DNA of 61,253 bases from Bdellovibrio sp. (GTDB lineage Bacteria > Bdellovibrionota > Bdellovibrionia > Bdellovibrionales > Bdellovibrionaceae), in contig JBKCUU010000086.1 of assembly GCA_046318155.1 (NCBI GenBank), positions 1 through 61,253 on the forward strand, read 5' to 3'. Numbering within the stretch: the stretch's first letter is position 1; each line of letters begins with the position of its first letter. The notes under the pieces are model-generated. The model was not told where the DNA came from, made no database searches, and was given only the letters and a program-made list of their open reading frames with translations. The position numbers were made by a program, and so were the translations under genes. This document shows positions 39,857 through 50,753 of the stretch, one piece after another.

Positions 39857-41548
39857 ATGGCTCAAATCGACGTGGCGAATATTTTGTCGAAGGCGACCAC
39901 GCTCTCAAGTGAGCAGGTCAAGCTGGTGCTCAGCTCGCCTTCGACAAATGGACAGCGAAGCTTGTCCGACGTCTTTGCCTCGAAAGAATACACCACGGCC
40001 GATGAACTGGTGGCCGACTTGTGCCGCGAGTTGGGCGTGGATTTTATCAAAGATATTCCCGTTAACGACATCCCGGTTGATTTGATTCGCGATTTGCCGA
40101 TCAATTATGCCAAACAGCACTCCGTTTTACCATTTCGCGAAGAAACAGAATTGATCGTCGCGCTGACCAGCAATCCGCTCAACATGAAGTCACTGGATGA
40201 CTTGCGTGTTTTATTTGGCAAACGAGTCAAGCCCCTGATGTCGACGACTCAAAAAATACAAGAGGCCATCAACCGCGTGTACGAAAAAAGCACCGCGAAC
40301 TTGGCCGGCATGGATGAAATTGACGAAGAGGATTATGATCTCGATGACCCGATCGTCGACTTGCTCGAAGCGGGTGAAGACGACGCCCCGGTCATCAAAC
40401 TCGTCAACTCCCTGCTCTTCCGTGCCGTCAAAGAAAAAGCCTCGGACATTCACATAGAACCTTATGAAAAAGACATGGCCGTCCGGTACCGTATCGACGG
40501 GATTCTTTTTAGCGTCTTTAAACCACCTAAAAAGCTGCAAAACTCGATTACGTCCCGCCTTAAAGTTATGGCCAATCTCAATATCGCCGAAAAACGACTT
40601 CCTCAGGATGGTCGTATCCCGCTCAAAGTCGGTGGTAAAGATATCGATATTCGTATGAACGTCGTCCCCACCGCTTACGGCGAGCGTATTGTCATGCGTT
40701 TGCAGGATCGATCGAACGTCGTCTTAGAGCTTGAGCAATTGGGATTCTCTGAAGAGAACATGGCCCGCATGGACGACATGATCCGCCGCTCTTACGGGAT
40801 CTTGCTTGTCACCGGCCCGACAGGTTCTGGTAAGTCGACGACTCTGTATGCTTGTTTGCAGCGCTTGAACTCGCCGGACGTGAACATCCTCACCGTTGAA
40901 GATCCCGTCGAGCAACGGATTCAGGGGATTGGCCAAGTTCAGGTGAACGCCAAGATTGGACTGACCTTCGGTGCCGGTCTTCGAGCCTTCTTGCGGCAAG
41001 ATCCCGAGATCATCATGGTGGGTGAGATTCGTGATACCGAAACAGCCGAGCTTTCGATTCAAGCCTCGCTGACAGGTCACATCGTTCTTTCGACTCTTCA
41101 TACGAATGACTCGGCCGGCGCGTTTCCACGTCTGATTGATATTGGTGCTGAGCCCTTTTTGATCGCCACCTCGATCATGGGCGCGGTGGCTCAGCGTTTG
41201 GTTCGGATCCTATGCCCTCACTGCAAAGTGAAGCACGATCCCAGTCCTTTTGAGATGAGCCTGCTGGGTATTACGCCCGATCAGGTTGCTGGCTCAAATA
41301 TTTGCCGCGCCATGGGTTGTGACAAGTGCAATCAAAAAGGTTACTTGGGTCGAACGATCATTGCCGAGCTCCTCACCGTCGATGACGAAATCCGCTCACT
41401 CATCATGCAGCGAAAAGATGGGAACTCGATCCGTAAACTGGCAATCAGCAAAGGAATGAAAACCTTCCGCGATCACGGCATTCAAAAAGTGCTCAGCGGC
41501 ATTACAACGATTGACGAACTCGTCTCAAACACCCAGCTCGACCTCTAG
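39857..41548 (+). CDS. gspE: Type II secretion ATPase GspE
   Basis: ASDIHIEP, Walker A GPTGSGKSTTLY, EDPVE, LRQDPEIIMVGEIRD, STLHTND and CxxC pairs. Confidence 0.95.
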   Translation: MAQIDVANILSKATTLSSEQVKLVLSSPSTNGQRSLSDVFASKEYTTADELVADLCRELGVDFIKDIPVNDIPVDLIRDLPINYAKQHSVLPFREETELIVALTSNPLNMKSLDDLRVLFGKRVKPLMSTTQKIQEAINRVYEKSTANLAGMDEIDEEDYDLDDPIVDLLEAGEDDAPVIKLVNSLLFRAVKEKASDIHIEPYEKDMAVRYRIDGILFSVFKPPKKLQNSITSRLKVMANLNIAEKRLPQDGRIPLKVGGKDIDIRMNVVPTAYGERIVMRLQDRSNVVLELEQLGFSEENMARMDDMIRRSYGILLVTGPTGSGKSTTLYACLQRLNSPDVNILTVEDPVEQRIQGIGQVQVNAKIGLTFGAGLRAFLRQDPEIIMVGEIRDTETAELSIQASLTGHIVLSTLHTNDSAGAFPRLIDIGAEPFLIATSIMGAVAQRLVRILCPHCKVKHDPSPFEMSLLGITPDQVAGSNICRAMGCDKCNQKGYLGRTIIAELLTVDDEIRSLIMQRKDGNSIRKLAISKGMKTFRDHGIQKVLSGITTIDELVSNTQLDL

Positions 41549-41615
41549 GAATACACGCTTGAACCATGCCCCTGGTGCTTGCCTTCAAGACTTGAGGTCT
41601 TATAGACTCTAGGTT

Positions 41616-42836
41616 ATGCCCATTTTTGAGTATCGCGGCCTAACTAAAGCTGGCAAAAATACGAGCGGTGTTGTTGACGCCGAGAATCTTCGCGCCGCGC
41701 GAATGAAGATTAAAAAAGATGGTGTCTTCGTCGTCGACATTAGAGATAAGAAAAAATCTTCACCTGGCGGCGGCAAGAAAAAAGCCACGGGCGGCAAGAG
41801 TGTGGGCGTCAAAGACATCTCGCTCATGACCCGCCAACTCGCCACCCTCATTAAAGCCAACATTCCTCTGGTCGATGCGCTCACCGCCGTGGCTGAACAA
41901 GTTGAAAATCCCGTTCTTTCAGAAGCCATTTCTGATTGCAAGAACATGGTGAACGAGGGCTCGCCACTTCACAAAGCGCTCGGAAAATACCCAAATATTT
42001 TTAACAACATTTACGTCTCAATGTGTGAAGCGGGCGAGATGTCGGGAACACTCGACGTCATCCTGATGCGCTTGGCCGAGTTTACAGAATCTCAGAACGA
42101 ACTGCGCACAAAAGTAAAAGGTGCCCTCACCTACCCGATCGTGATGCTCGTCGTAACTCTGGGCTTGCTTGTTTTCTTGTTCGTGTTCGTGATTCCTAAA
42201 ATCGTGACGGTATTTGAAAATGCGCCCAATTTAAAACTTCCTTGGCTCACCGAGGTGATCATCGCTCTGAGCGGAGTCTTGGTAAACTATTGGTACGTAC
42301 TCATCGGACTGAGTTTTTTAGTTTGGCTGATCTTCACGAACTGGAAAAAAACACCAGCGGGAAAAACTCAATGGGATTTGATTTCTCTCAAACTTCCCCT
42401 CTTTGGCGAGATGAATCGAATGGTCGCGGTCTCGCGTTTTACTCGAACCTTGGCCACACTGCTCACCGGCGGCGTGCCGATGCTACATGCGCTGCAGATC
42501 GTTCGCAATGTTGTGGATAATGACATTATCGCCAAAGCTGTTGATGAGGCGCGTAGCAACATCTCGGAAGGCGAAGGGATCGCTGGACCTTTGAAGAGGT
42601 CGGGTCAATTTCCACCCATCGTGATTCACATGGTCACGATTGGCGAGAAAACGGGAGAGCTCGAGAATATGCTTTTGCAGGTCTCCGACGCCTTTGAATT
42701 TCAGGTGAAATCAAAGATCGAAACGATGACCAGCTTGATGGGCCCAGTCGTGTTAATTGTGATGGGTCTTGCCGTTGGTATCATCGTCTTTGCCGTCATG
42801 GTCCCCATGTTCGAGATTACGAATATCGCGGGCTAG
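41616..42836 (+). CDS. gspF: Type II secretion inner membrane platform GspF
   Basis: TRQLATL, AGEMSGTL, ALTYP, GEKTGEL. Confidence 0.95.
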   Translation: MPIFEYRGLTKAGKNTSGVVDAENLRAARMKIKKDGVFVVDIRDKKKSSPGGGKKKATGGKSVGVKDISLMTRQLATLIKANIPLVDALTAVAEQVENPVLSEAISDCKNMVNEGSPLHKALGKYPNIFNNIYVSMCEAGEMSGTLDVILMRLAEFTESQNELRTKVKGALTYPIVMLVVTLGLLVFLFVFVIPKIVTVFENAPNLKLPWLTEVIIALSGVLVNYWYVLIGLSFLVWLIFTNWKKTPAGKTQWDLISLKLPLFGEMNRMVAVSRFTRTLATLLTGGVPMLHALQIVRNVVDNDIIAKAVDEARSNISEGEGIAGPLKRSGQFPPIVIHMVTIGEKTGELENMLLQVSDAFEFQVKSKIETMTSLMGPVVLIVMGLAVGIIVFAVMVPMFEITNIAG

Positions 42837-42952
42837 GACTTTTCAATCCGAATTGTCCTGATGACAAAGCCACCAGGCTCAAGTAACTTTGGTGCTTGTT
42901 GATGCTTAATTGCGCTCGTTAAATCGCGCGCCAGTCGCAAAGGAATTTGGAC

Positions 42953-43372
42953 ATGGAACTTCAGCTCCGTACACTTCGCAACTCTCGCGGTATGACCCTG
43001 GTTGAAATTTTAATCGTCTTGGCGATCATCGGCGCCCTCATGGCCGTTTTGCTTCCGCAAGTCACCAGCCGTCTCGACCGCGCTCGCCAACAAGAAACTA
43101 AAATTTCGATTGGTCAGCTCATCAATGCTCTGAATTTGTACTACACCGATTGCGGCAAATTCCCCTCAAGTCTCGAAGGTTTGATCAAAGCTGATCCCGA
43201 GTGTTCAAACTGGGCAGAGCCTTATATCAAAAACATGCCTAAGGATGCTTGGAAGCGCGAGTTCAGTTACGAAATCGAAGGCAACAGCTACATCATCAAG
43301 AGCCTTGGCTCCGATGGCCGTGAAGGTGGCGACGGTTACGCCAAAGACATAACCAATGAAGATATCAACTAG
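42953..43372 (+). CDS. gspG: Major pseudopilin GspG
   Basis: Prepilin motif RG|MTLVE, LNLYYTD, WAEPY, DAWKR, SLGSDGREGG. Confidence 0.9.
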   Translation: MELQLRTLRNSRGMTLVEILIVLAIIGALMAVLLPQVTSRLDRARQQETKISIGQLINALNLYYTDCGKFPSSLEGLIKADPECSNWAEPYIKNMPKDAWKREFSYEIEGNSYIIKSLGSDGREGGDGYAKDITNEDIN

Positions 43373-43985
43373 CCGCCCGTCTTCTCTCTCTCAGCTCATG
43401 AAGCTCCAGCGGGGCTTCACCTTGATTGAAGTCATGGTTGTTCTGGGGATCTTGGCCGCACTCTTAGCGATCGGCCTGCCCCGAATGAATATCAACAATA
43501 CCAATATCAAAAATGTCGTTCGTCAAATGAGTGTCGTCACGCGCGAGATTCGCAATCAGGCACGACTCAAAAGCCGGACTTACCGACTTGTCTTGCGGAT
43601 GGACCCCAAAGGGTCGAGCTATTGGATCGAATCGGCTGAAGGCCCGGTCTACGCCCCTTCTGAAGAGACGCTCAAGCGAATCGCGGAGGGTAAACCTGAA
43701 GAAGCGCCGCCCAGTAAGTTCCAAAAAGACGAACGCATTCTAAAAAAAGACCGCGAAATCCCGCAGCCTTTGCATTTTGGACTGCTCGACAACGGGCGCG
43801 CTGCTGAACCACAAAAAACCGGTGATGCGTATATCTACTTTTCACCCGAGGGATTGGTCGAGGCTGCGGCCATTCAGATCACCAATGGAAAAGCCCTGAC
43901 ATGGACCTTGATTATCAACCCGCTCACGGGCCATGCTGATATTATCGAAAAAGCCGTTCTTCTAAAGGATGTCTCACGTCAATGA
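43356..43985 (+). CDS. gspH: Minor pseudopilin GspH-like (start may be 43398)
   Basis: RG|FTLIE prepilin motif; position after gspG. Confidence 0.8.
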   Translation: MKISTSRPSSLSQLMKLQRGFTLIEVMVVLGILAALLAIGLPRMNINNTNIKNVVRQMSVVTREIRNQARLKSRTYRLVLRMDPKGSSYWIESAEGPVYAPSEETLKRIAEGKPEEAPPSKFQKDERILKKDREIPQPLHFGLLDNGRAAEPQKTGDAYIYFSPEGLVEAAAIQITNGKALTWTLIINPLTGHADIIEKAVLLKDVSRQ

Positions 43986-44521
43986 AACCAGCGGTGAAAT
44001 CTGTCCAGAGATCGTTAAGAAAATCAGCCCGGGGGTTCACCCTTTTAGAAACCGTCATTGCCATGGTGATCATGGCGGGCGCCCTGGTTTTGCTCTCGAA
44101 CTCTTGGGGCGGCTCATTTATGCGCATTCGCAAGACACAGCAAGCTTTTGAGGTGGCCGCCATGCTCGAGCGCAAAATGAACGATATCGAAATCGAGTAC
44201 CGCGGTAAAAGTCTCGACGAAATCCCTGACGAAAAAGAGGGCGATTTTGGCTCTGAGTACTCGCAGTACACCTGGAAGCTCAAGTCCCGCAAACTCGAGT
44301 TTCCGGATGTGAGCTCGGCCCTCACCGCTCAACAAGGCGGCGCTGGAACGATGCTGATGTCGATGGTGAAGCAGCTCTCTGAATACATCGGCAAAGCCGT
44401 CAAAGAAGTCACTGTCACCGTTGTGATTACTCAGAATAAAAAACCGCTTGAATTTTCGGTCACGACCTATTTTGTCGATTATGACAAAGAGATGTCGTTC
44501 GGCATGCCGTCGGGGTTGTAA
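43982..44521 (+). CDS. gspI: Minor pseudopilin GspI-like
   Basis: RG|FTLLE prepilin motif; position in the cluster. Confidence 0.78.
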   Translation: MKPAVKSVQRSLRKSARGFTLLETVIAMVIMAGALVLLSNSWGGSFMRIRKTQQAFEVAAMLERKMNDIEIEYRGKSLDEIPDEKEGDFGSEYSQYTWKLKSRKLEFPDVSSALTAQQGGAGTMLMSMVKQLSEYIGKAVKEVTVTVVITQNKKPLEFSVTTYFVDYDKEMSFGMPSGL

Positions 44522-45405
44522 TGAAATCAGCCCGCGGCTTTACGCTGCTTGAACTTCTCATTTCACTGATGATTCTGGCGACACTGACAGCGCTCTCGGC
44601 CCGAGCCATTCAGCAAGCCATTTTTTCGAAAGCGAAAATCCAAACCCAAGTGGATGAAATGAGCAAGGTCCGCGACGCTCTAAAAATTATGGAGCGAGAT
44701 ATAAATCTGGCGTACCACTACCGTGACCTTGAAGAAGAGTTTCGCGAGGCCGTTGCAAAATCATCCATCGCGGCAACGCCCACGCCTGTGCCGCGCCCAG
44801 GTGCTTTTGTTCCTCCACCCGGGGGAGGATTTCCGGGCGGAGCTGCGGCGCCAACTCCCGTTGACCCGAAAGAACAAGAGAGACGCGCAAACCGTGCGGA
44901 CCCCAAAACCGAGTTTATCGGCACCGGCGAAGACATGGCTTTTGCGACAATGAACTCAGGACGACTGACCGAACTGCAAGCTCAAGCTGATTTTGTCAAA
45001 GTGGGATACAAAGTTGAAACTTGCAAGCGCCTCTCGGGCAAACAAGAATCCGTCAAATGCTTGATGCGAAGAATGGATCCTTTGGTTGAGGGGGACATCA
45101 AAGAGGGCGGTGAACAAACCGTGCTGCTCGAAAACGTCTCGGAGTTTAAGCTTCGATACTTTGGCAAAGGCAAGCAAGACTGGGTTGACGCCTGGTCAAG
45201 CAAGGATGGCGATGCCGTCGCCAAAGACAGTTATCCCGGCGCGGTCGAAATCAGTCTGACCGTCGAAAATGGCGAAGAATCGGCTAAGGCTAAAAAACGT
45301 AAAATCTCGATGCAGCTCGTGGTCCCCATCCGCTTCCCTAATAACAAAGAAAAAACAAAGGGAACGGCGACTGGCGGAAGCCCCGCCTCGGGAGCGGGAC
45401 CATGA
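44521..45405 (+). CDS. gspJ: Minor pseudopilin GspJ-like
   Basis: RG|FTLLE, MERDI, LLENV, WVDAW, PGAVEI. Confidence 0.8.
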   Translation: MKSARGFTLLELLISLMILATLTALSARAIQQAIFSKAKIQTQVDEMSKVRDALKIMERDINLAYHYRDLEEEFREAVAKSSIAATPTPVPRPGAFVPPPGGGFPGGAAAPTPVDPKEQERRANRADPKTEFIGTGEDMAFATMNSGRLTELQAQADFVKVGYKVETCKRLSGKQESVKCLMRRMDPLVEGDIKEGGEQTVLLENVSEFKLRYFGKGKQDWVDAWSSKDGDAVAKDSYPGAVEISLTVENGEESAKAKKRKISMQLVVPIRFPNNKEKTKGTATGGSPASGAGP

Positions 45406-46652
45406 GATTTACGCGTGATCTTCTCTCGAGTCGAAATCAAAAAGGGATCGCCATCATCATGGCGGTCTTTTGCACGGTTTTGATTTTGTACATCGTGAAC
45501 GAAGTGACCTACGAAACCAATGTCGAGTACATGATTCACGCCCAGTCGGTGAACCGCCTGAAAGCCTACTATGCGGCGCGCTCAGGGGTTGAACTGAGCC
45601 TTCTTCGCATCAAGGTTTACAAGACCGTCCAAAAGCAATACGGCGCTCAGCTCGGGGCCCAGGCGGGCTTGCTGAATTTGATTTGGAGCTTTCCTTTAGG
45701 TTGGCCGCCCACCTTGCCGACCGAGGCCTCGGGCGTTGAAAAAGAAGGCGTGCAAGATAAAGTCAAAGAAGCGCAGATGGATGCCAATTTCAACGCCACC
45801 ATTTTTGATGAAGGCTCAAAAGTGGACATTAACGATCTGACCTCGCCTTCTAAAGCACTTGCCGAAATCACGAAAAAACAAGTTCTTAAAATTTTTGAAA
45901 CAAAGATTGAGCTTGAACCTGAATGGGCCCGGACCCACCAAGATTTGGTTCCAACCGAGCTTGTCAATAATATCATCGATTGGCTTGATGCCGATACACA
46001 ATCACTCAACAACGGTGACGAGCGCCAGTTTTACAAAGATGTTCCCGACACGGCCAAGACATTTCCGCCCAATCGTGCTTTTCGCACGCTGAATGAATTG
46101 CGCCTCGTGGCCGGAATGAAAGATGAGTACTTTGATCTGCTCGCCCCAAGCATTACCGTGTTCGGCGCCAAAGCGATTAATCCCAACTCCGCCTCCAAAG
46201 AAGTTCTGAAGTCGCTCGATTCTTCGATCACCGATAAAGTTGTGGCCGAGATCATCACTCGCCGTGATGACCCGAGCAACGGCGGATTTTTTTCGAAAGA
46301 CCAAGAGTTTTGGGATTTCGTGAACTCTAAAGACGGCCGGGTATCTCCCGATGTGCAAAAAGACACCCCTTTGATTTTTGATGCCGTCAGCAATTTTAGC
46401 ATTCGCAGCGTGGGCGAATACAATGGCGCTATTCGTGAAATCAATGCGGTGGTTTTTGATATCGCCAGTGCCGCCGATATCGTCGGCAAAAAATTAAAAG
46501 CAGAGAAAGCCGCAGCGGCAGGGCCGGGCGCAAACCCCGCACCACCTTCCACACCTGGAGTCGGAAGCGGCCCCTCGGCAGGTGCCCCTTCTGCCGGCCG
46601 AAATACTCCTTCCAAAGGCCCCCCTCGCATCGTATACTGGTACGAGAAGTAA
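45402..46652 (+). CDS. gspK: Minor pseudopilin GspK
   Basis: KG|IAII (no E5), DEGSKVDIN, IIDWLDAD, ELRLVAGM, INPNSA. Confidence 0.85.
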   Translation: MRFTRDLLSSRNQKGIAIIMAVFCTVLILYIVNEVTYETNVEYMIHAQSVNRLKAYYAARSGVELSLLRIKVYKTVQKQYGAQLGAQAGLLNLIWSFPLGWPPTLPTEASGVEKEGVQDKVKEAQMDANFNATIFDEGSKVDINDLTSPSKALAEITKKQVLKIFETKIELEPEWARTHQDLVPTELVNNIIDWLDADTQSLNNGDERQFYKDVPDTAKTFPPNRAFRTLNELRLVAGMKDEYFDLLAPSITVFGAKAINPNSASKEVLKSLDSSITDKVVAEIITRRDDPSNGGFFSKDQEFWDFVNSKDGRVSPDVQKDTPLIFDAVSNFSIRSVGEYNGAIREINAVVFDIASAADIVGKKLKAEKAAAAGPGANPAPPSTPGVGSGPSAGAPSAGRNTPSKGPPRIVYWYEK

Positions 46653-46685
46653 GTTTCTCGATTTTATCCTCAAGGACGAGGCATC

Positions 46686-48353
46686 ATGAGAGCCGTTGGT
46701 ATCGACATCGGAACCTCTAGCATCAAGGTGTGCGAGGTCCAAAGCACCTCAAAAGGTGTCCAAATTCTGTCTTTCACGGAACACCCACTAGGCCTTAACC
46801 CGGCCCACGACACGGAGCTCGAAGTCCTCGAGTTTTTACAGGGCCTCGCGCTTCAGTATACCAATAGCCAGACTAAAGTCGTGATGGCACTTAAGCAAGA
46901 TCGCGTCAGCATCCGCAACAAGACATTTCCTTTTGCCGATCGAATGAAAATCTTGAAGAGCTTACCTTTTGAGCTCGAAGAAGATCTTCCCTTCTCTTCT
47001 GAAACGGCCATTTACGAAGCGCGCACGATCCGTCTGCTAGGAAATCAGGCCGAGGTTCTTGCCGCCGCGTCGCCGAAACACCGCATCGCTGAGTTTTTGC
47101 AGAAGTATCAAAGCGCCGGACTCGATATCGACATCTTGACCGCCGAAGGCTTAGCGTTTGCAAATTGCTTTTCGAATTGGGATGGCCCGATCCCCCAATT
47201 ACCGCCCGCGCCGATCGAGCTCAATGAAGACGGCGGCGAAACTCCGCGGACTGACCGCAAACTAAAATTGATGATTCAAATCGGTCACACCCATTCAATC
47301 GTGTGCGCTTTTGAGGGCCAGGCCCTTGTCGGGATTCGCTCGGTTCTGTGGGGCATGAAAAATGTGAGTGAGGCCATTTCGCGTAAGTACGAAATCCCCT
47401 TTGTCGAAGCCATGCGTGAAATGCGCAGCAAAGCGTTTATTTTGCCCAACAAAGAAGGCGCATCTTACGATCAAATTGTTTTCTCGGACACGATCGCAGT
47501 TCCATTTAAAGACTTTGGCCGCGAGCTCAAGCTTTCGATGCTCGAAATTGAAACCGAACTTGGCGGCAAAGTTCTTGCTGCCGAAGTGACCGGCGGCGGT
47601 GCGGGCATCATGCATCTGACTCCATTCTTGACCCAGATGCTGGAAGTCCCCGTCAATCCAGCGCAAATTCTCACCTCGTTTGTGACCAACTTCGAGAAAT
47701 CGCAAACCGTCGATCACTTCATTGGAACCTCACTGGGTCTTGCCCTTGAAGGCTTGCGCAAACCACGCAATCCCGCGCTTCAGTTCTTGCGTGGAGAATT
47801 TGCGGCGACCAACGAAAGTCTTCGGGTCTTTTGGGAGACTTGGTCGCGCACGATCGCCTGCGTCGCCAGTGCGATTTTGATCTTCTTCGTCTTTAGCAAC
47901 CTTCGCGAGTCATCGGCGCAGAGTTTGCTGACGAAGGCCCTCGACGAGGTGAAGAACCAAGCAAAAATTGTCGCTCGCCTCGGCCCCAAGCAGGCAAATG
48001 AATCCGGCGTTAAAAAATATATTCGCGACAAACGCAAACGGGCACAAGAGCTTCGCAGTCTTGAAGGCCTCTCGCGCATGAACTCGGCTCTTGAAGTTCT
48101 TAAAAAAATCTCGGACTCGGCTCCCACCAGGGGATCGATTAATTTGAACATCCGCTTTTTGCGAATCGAAGACACCAACGTCGTCTTGGAAGGTACCGTT
48201 GAAAACGCGGCTCAGCGAACGGCCCTGCAAAAAGCCTTAAGCTCGGTCGCAAAAACCGGACAGCTTAACGCCCGCGAAGGAACTCCGGCGACTGGTGTTC
48301 TAGGAATCCCGTTTGCATTTGGCTTTGATGTCGACCGTGGAACCGAAAAATAA
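46686..48353 (+). CDS. gspL: GspL / PilM-like actin-fold protein with TM and periplasmic domain
   Basis: GIDIGTSSIK and TGGGA actin-like motifs, then a TM and a PilN-like C-terminus. Confidence 0.78.
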   Translation: MRAVGIDIGTSSIKVCEVQSTSKGVQILSFTEHPLGLNPAHDTELEVLEFLQGLALQYTNSQTKVVMALKQDRVSIRNKTFPFADRMKILKSLPFELEEDLPFSSETAIYEARTIRLLGNQAEVLAAASPKHRIAEFLQKYQSAGLDIDILTAEGLAFANCFSNWDGPIPQLPPAPIELNEDGGETPRTDRKLKLMIQIGHTHSIVCAFEGQALVGIRSVLWGMKNVSEAISRKYEIPFVEAMREMRSKAFILPNKEGASYDQIVFSDTIAVPFKDFGRELKLSMLEIETELGGKVLAAEVTGGGAGIMHLTPFLTQMLEVPVNPAQILTSFVTNFEKSQTVDHFIGTSLGLALEGLRKPRNPALQFLRGEFAATNESLRVFWETWSRTIACVASAILIFFVFSNLRESSAQSLLTKALDEVKNQAKIVARLGPKQANESGVKKYIRDKRKRAQELRSLEGLSRMNSALEVLKKISDSAPTRGSINLNIRFLRIEDTNVVLEGTVENAAQRTALQKALSSVAKTGQLNAREGTPATGVLGIPFAFGFDVDRGTEK

Positions 48354-48366
48354 GGAAGACTGACGA

Positions 48367-49029
48367 ATGAATTTGGAAGACTTAAAGGACCGGCTCAACT
48401 CCGATCTCCAGCGAACCCAGGAGCGACTGGGCGAGAACTCAACTTTTGTCGCTCTTCGCGATCGCTATGATTCATTGACACCCTTGATGCAAAAAGTGGT
48501 CATGGGCGGCGCGTTTTTTGTTTTAGTTCTGATCTTGTTTTTGATCCCTTACGGTAAATACGAAACCTCAAATGAAACGATTGCGGAGTTTGAAGCCAAG
48601 CGCAGCTTGATTCGTGATCTTTTTAAGGTGCAAAAAGAAATCAATGAAACACCTGAAGTCCCGATGCCTCCGGCCACGTCAGCCGTCAAATCACGGATTG
48701 AATCAGATCTACAAAGTGCGCAACTCCTACCTGAGCAAATGAAGGGCGTCTCTGTTCTGCCGCCCGTCAATAACGATCTGGTTAAAGCGTTTCAAAATGA
48801 AGGCGTCGTTGAAGTCAGCTTGGGCCAACTCAACTTGAAGCAAGTCGTCGATTTGGGTTACCAATTTCAGAATATCAGCCCCAGCGTTAAAATGAAGGAC
48901 CTCGTCATCCAGGCCACGCAGGCTGATCCTCGTTACTTTGATGTGGTTTACCGATTGCTTGTTTTAAAAGTGACTCCCGATGAGGTCCCCGCTCCAGAAG
49001 AGGCTCCGAAGAAACGAGGCCGGCGGTAA
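48367..49029 (+). CDS. gspM: GspM-like protein
   Basis: Single TM followed by a coiled-coil/periplasmic domain; lies between gspL and gspN. Confidence 0.65.
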   Translation: MNLEDLKDRLNSDLQRTQERLGENSTFVALRDRYDSLTPLMQKVVMGGAFFVLVLILFLIPYGKYETSNETIAEFEAKRSLIRDLFKVQKEINETPEVPMPPATSAVKSRIESDLQSAQLLPEQMKGVSVLPPVNNDLVKAFQNEGVVEVSLGQLNLKQVVDLGYQFQNISPSVKMKDLVIQATQADPRYFDVVYRLLVLKVTPDEVPAPEEAPKKRGRR

Positions 49030-49988
49030 TGGATCAGCTCAAACTCATCTTGAAGTTTGTTTTTTCGCACAAACTTAAATACCTCGTGATGGTTTTGGCC
49101 ACGATGGTTTTTGTTGTGTTGTTGTTTCCGTTTCAAGATGTTGGTGATTCGATTTCATCGTTCGTGGCAAAGCAAACCAACAATCAGGTTTACCTCAATT
49201 TTGAACGCCTCCGAACGAGTTTCATTCCCCTATCGGTCGGTGCTGAAGAGTTGAGCATCGAGACACCCCAGTTTCCGGCGATCTCGGTACAAGACATCGA
49301 AATCACGCCTTCAATGGGCGCCTTGATCACGCAAAAGCCCGAAGGAACTCTGGTCGCGAAGGGTCTGTTTAAGGGTGATGTTGAAGTGACCGTTAAGCCC
49401 GGCAAAAAAACCGAAGCCGGCTTGGCCACCCACTATTTGTCTTTGTCAGCACAGCGCTTGAGTCTGGCCGAAATTCATAAGATCGCGCAGTTGCCGATGC
49501 TCTTAAAAGGCAAAGTGAACTTGACCGCATCTGGAACCGCCGATCCGACATTTGCCGATCAACCCGACTTCGACGTCGATCTCAAGGTCGAACAGTTTGA
49601 ACTGCCCGCCGGTTCGGTTGAAACCCAAATGGGACCTTTAAATTTACCTGAACTTAGACTCAGCCAAGTCGAAATCAAGGGACGCCTTTCTGCTGGACGC
49701 TTCAACATCGAACGCGCCATTGTCGGCAAAGATGGTGACGAACTTGCTGGAACCATCAAGGGCGGTATCAATTTGCAAATTCAAAATCGCGGCAGAGTCG
49801 CGCCGGTGATTGGGGCCTACCAATTTGAAATCGACCTCCGTGTGAAGCGTTCGCTGCAAGACAAAGCGAGCCTGTTTTTAAGCTTTCTCGAAAACTTCAA
49901 AACGCCCACGGCTGACGGCGCCCGCTACCAATTCAAGCTCAATGCAACGAGCCCGGAAATGCCGCCCTCGATGAGCGCGTTGCGTTAA
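49029..49988 (+). CDS. gspN: GspN-like protein
   Basis: TM ending LLFP and a beta-rich periplasmic domain; last gene of the cluster. Confidence 0.7.
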   Translation: MDQLKLILKFVFSHKLKYLVMVLATMVFVVLLFPFQDVGDSISSFVAKQTNNQVYLNFERLRTSFIPLSVGAEELSIETPQFPAISVQDIEITPSMGALITQKPEGTLVAKGLFKGDVEVTVKPGKKTEAGLATHYLSLSAQRLSLAEIHKIAQLPMLLKGKVNLTASGTADPTFADQPDFDVDLKVEQFELPAGSVETQMGPLNLPELRLSQVEIKGRLSAGRFNIERAIVGKDGDELAGTIKGGINLQIQNRGRVAPVIGAYQFEIDLRVKRSLQDKASLFLSFLENFKTPTADGARYQFKLNATSPEMPPSMSALR

Positions 49989-50197
49989 ATTCGCCTCTCG
50001 CCCGCCTCTTTTTTCGACAACTTGCTGCATTTTGTTTGAGTCTGAATCCAGATTTGCAAGACTTTCGCGCAGCTGCGAGATCCCCTTGTGGCCTTGTTGA
50101 ATTTGTCTTGAAACCACCCCACCGGGATGGAAGAACGTTTCAAGACTGATGTAACTCGTCTTTAGCGACAAACGAATGAGACGGGTGGAGGAGGAAG

Positions 50198-50638
50198 ATG
50201 TCTGGAGTGAATAAGGTTATTTTAGTAGGACGCTTGGGAGCTGATCCCGAAGTGAAGTCTGTTGGCAACGCTCAAAGCGTGGCGCGCTTGAGCGTCGCAA
50301 CGAGCGAAGTTTGGACAGGCAAAGATGGTCAGCGACAAGAGCGCACCGAATGGCACCGTGTGACCGTTTGGGGACGCCAAGCTGAAAACTGCGCCAAGCA
50401 CTTGGCTAAAGGTCGACAGGTTTATGTCGAAGGACGCTTACAAACACGTTCTTGGGAGGATCAACAAGGCCAAAAGCGCTACACAACCGAGATCGTTGCA
50501 ACGACGGTGCAATTCTTGGGTGGGGCTGCTGGTGAGCGCGGAGCTGGAGCGACCGCTTCAAACTCTGGACCTGGAGATTCTTTTCAGGATTTCAGTCCAG
50601 AACCTTCTTTCGATCCTGCGGACGAAATTCCTTTTTAA
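50198..50638 (+). CDS. ssb: Single-stranded DNA-binding protein
   Basis: [32 protein letters not shown] and acidic DEIPF tail; strong RBS GGAGG. Confidence 0.97.
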   Translation: MSGVNKVILVGRLGADPEVKSVGNAQSVARLSVATSEVWTGKDGQRQERTEWHRVTVWGRQAENCAKHLAKGRQVYVEGRLQTRSWEDQQGQKRYTTEIVATTVQFLGGAAGERGAGATASNSGPGDSFQDFSPEPSFDPADEIPF

Positions 50639-50753
50639 GGATCACCGAATCTGAACCGAGATTCGAACATAAAAACTAAACCAAAGAAGAGGGGACGAGA
50701 AATCGCCCCTTCTTCATTTGCCTCACCGCACCGATTTTCTCTAGAATGGAGGC

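Noticed and set aside
50198..50638. ssb as a marker of a conjugative element next to the VirB8-like gene
   Set aside because: It has the housekeeping-type sequence with DEIPF tail and a downstream hairpin; no relaxase or integrase is nearby.
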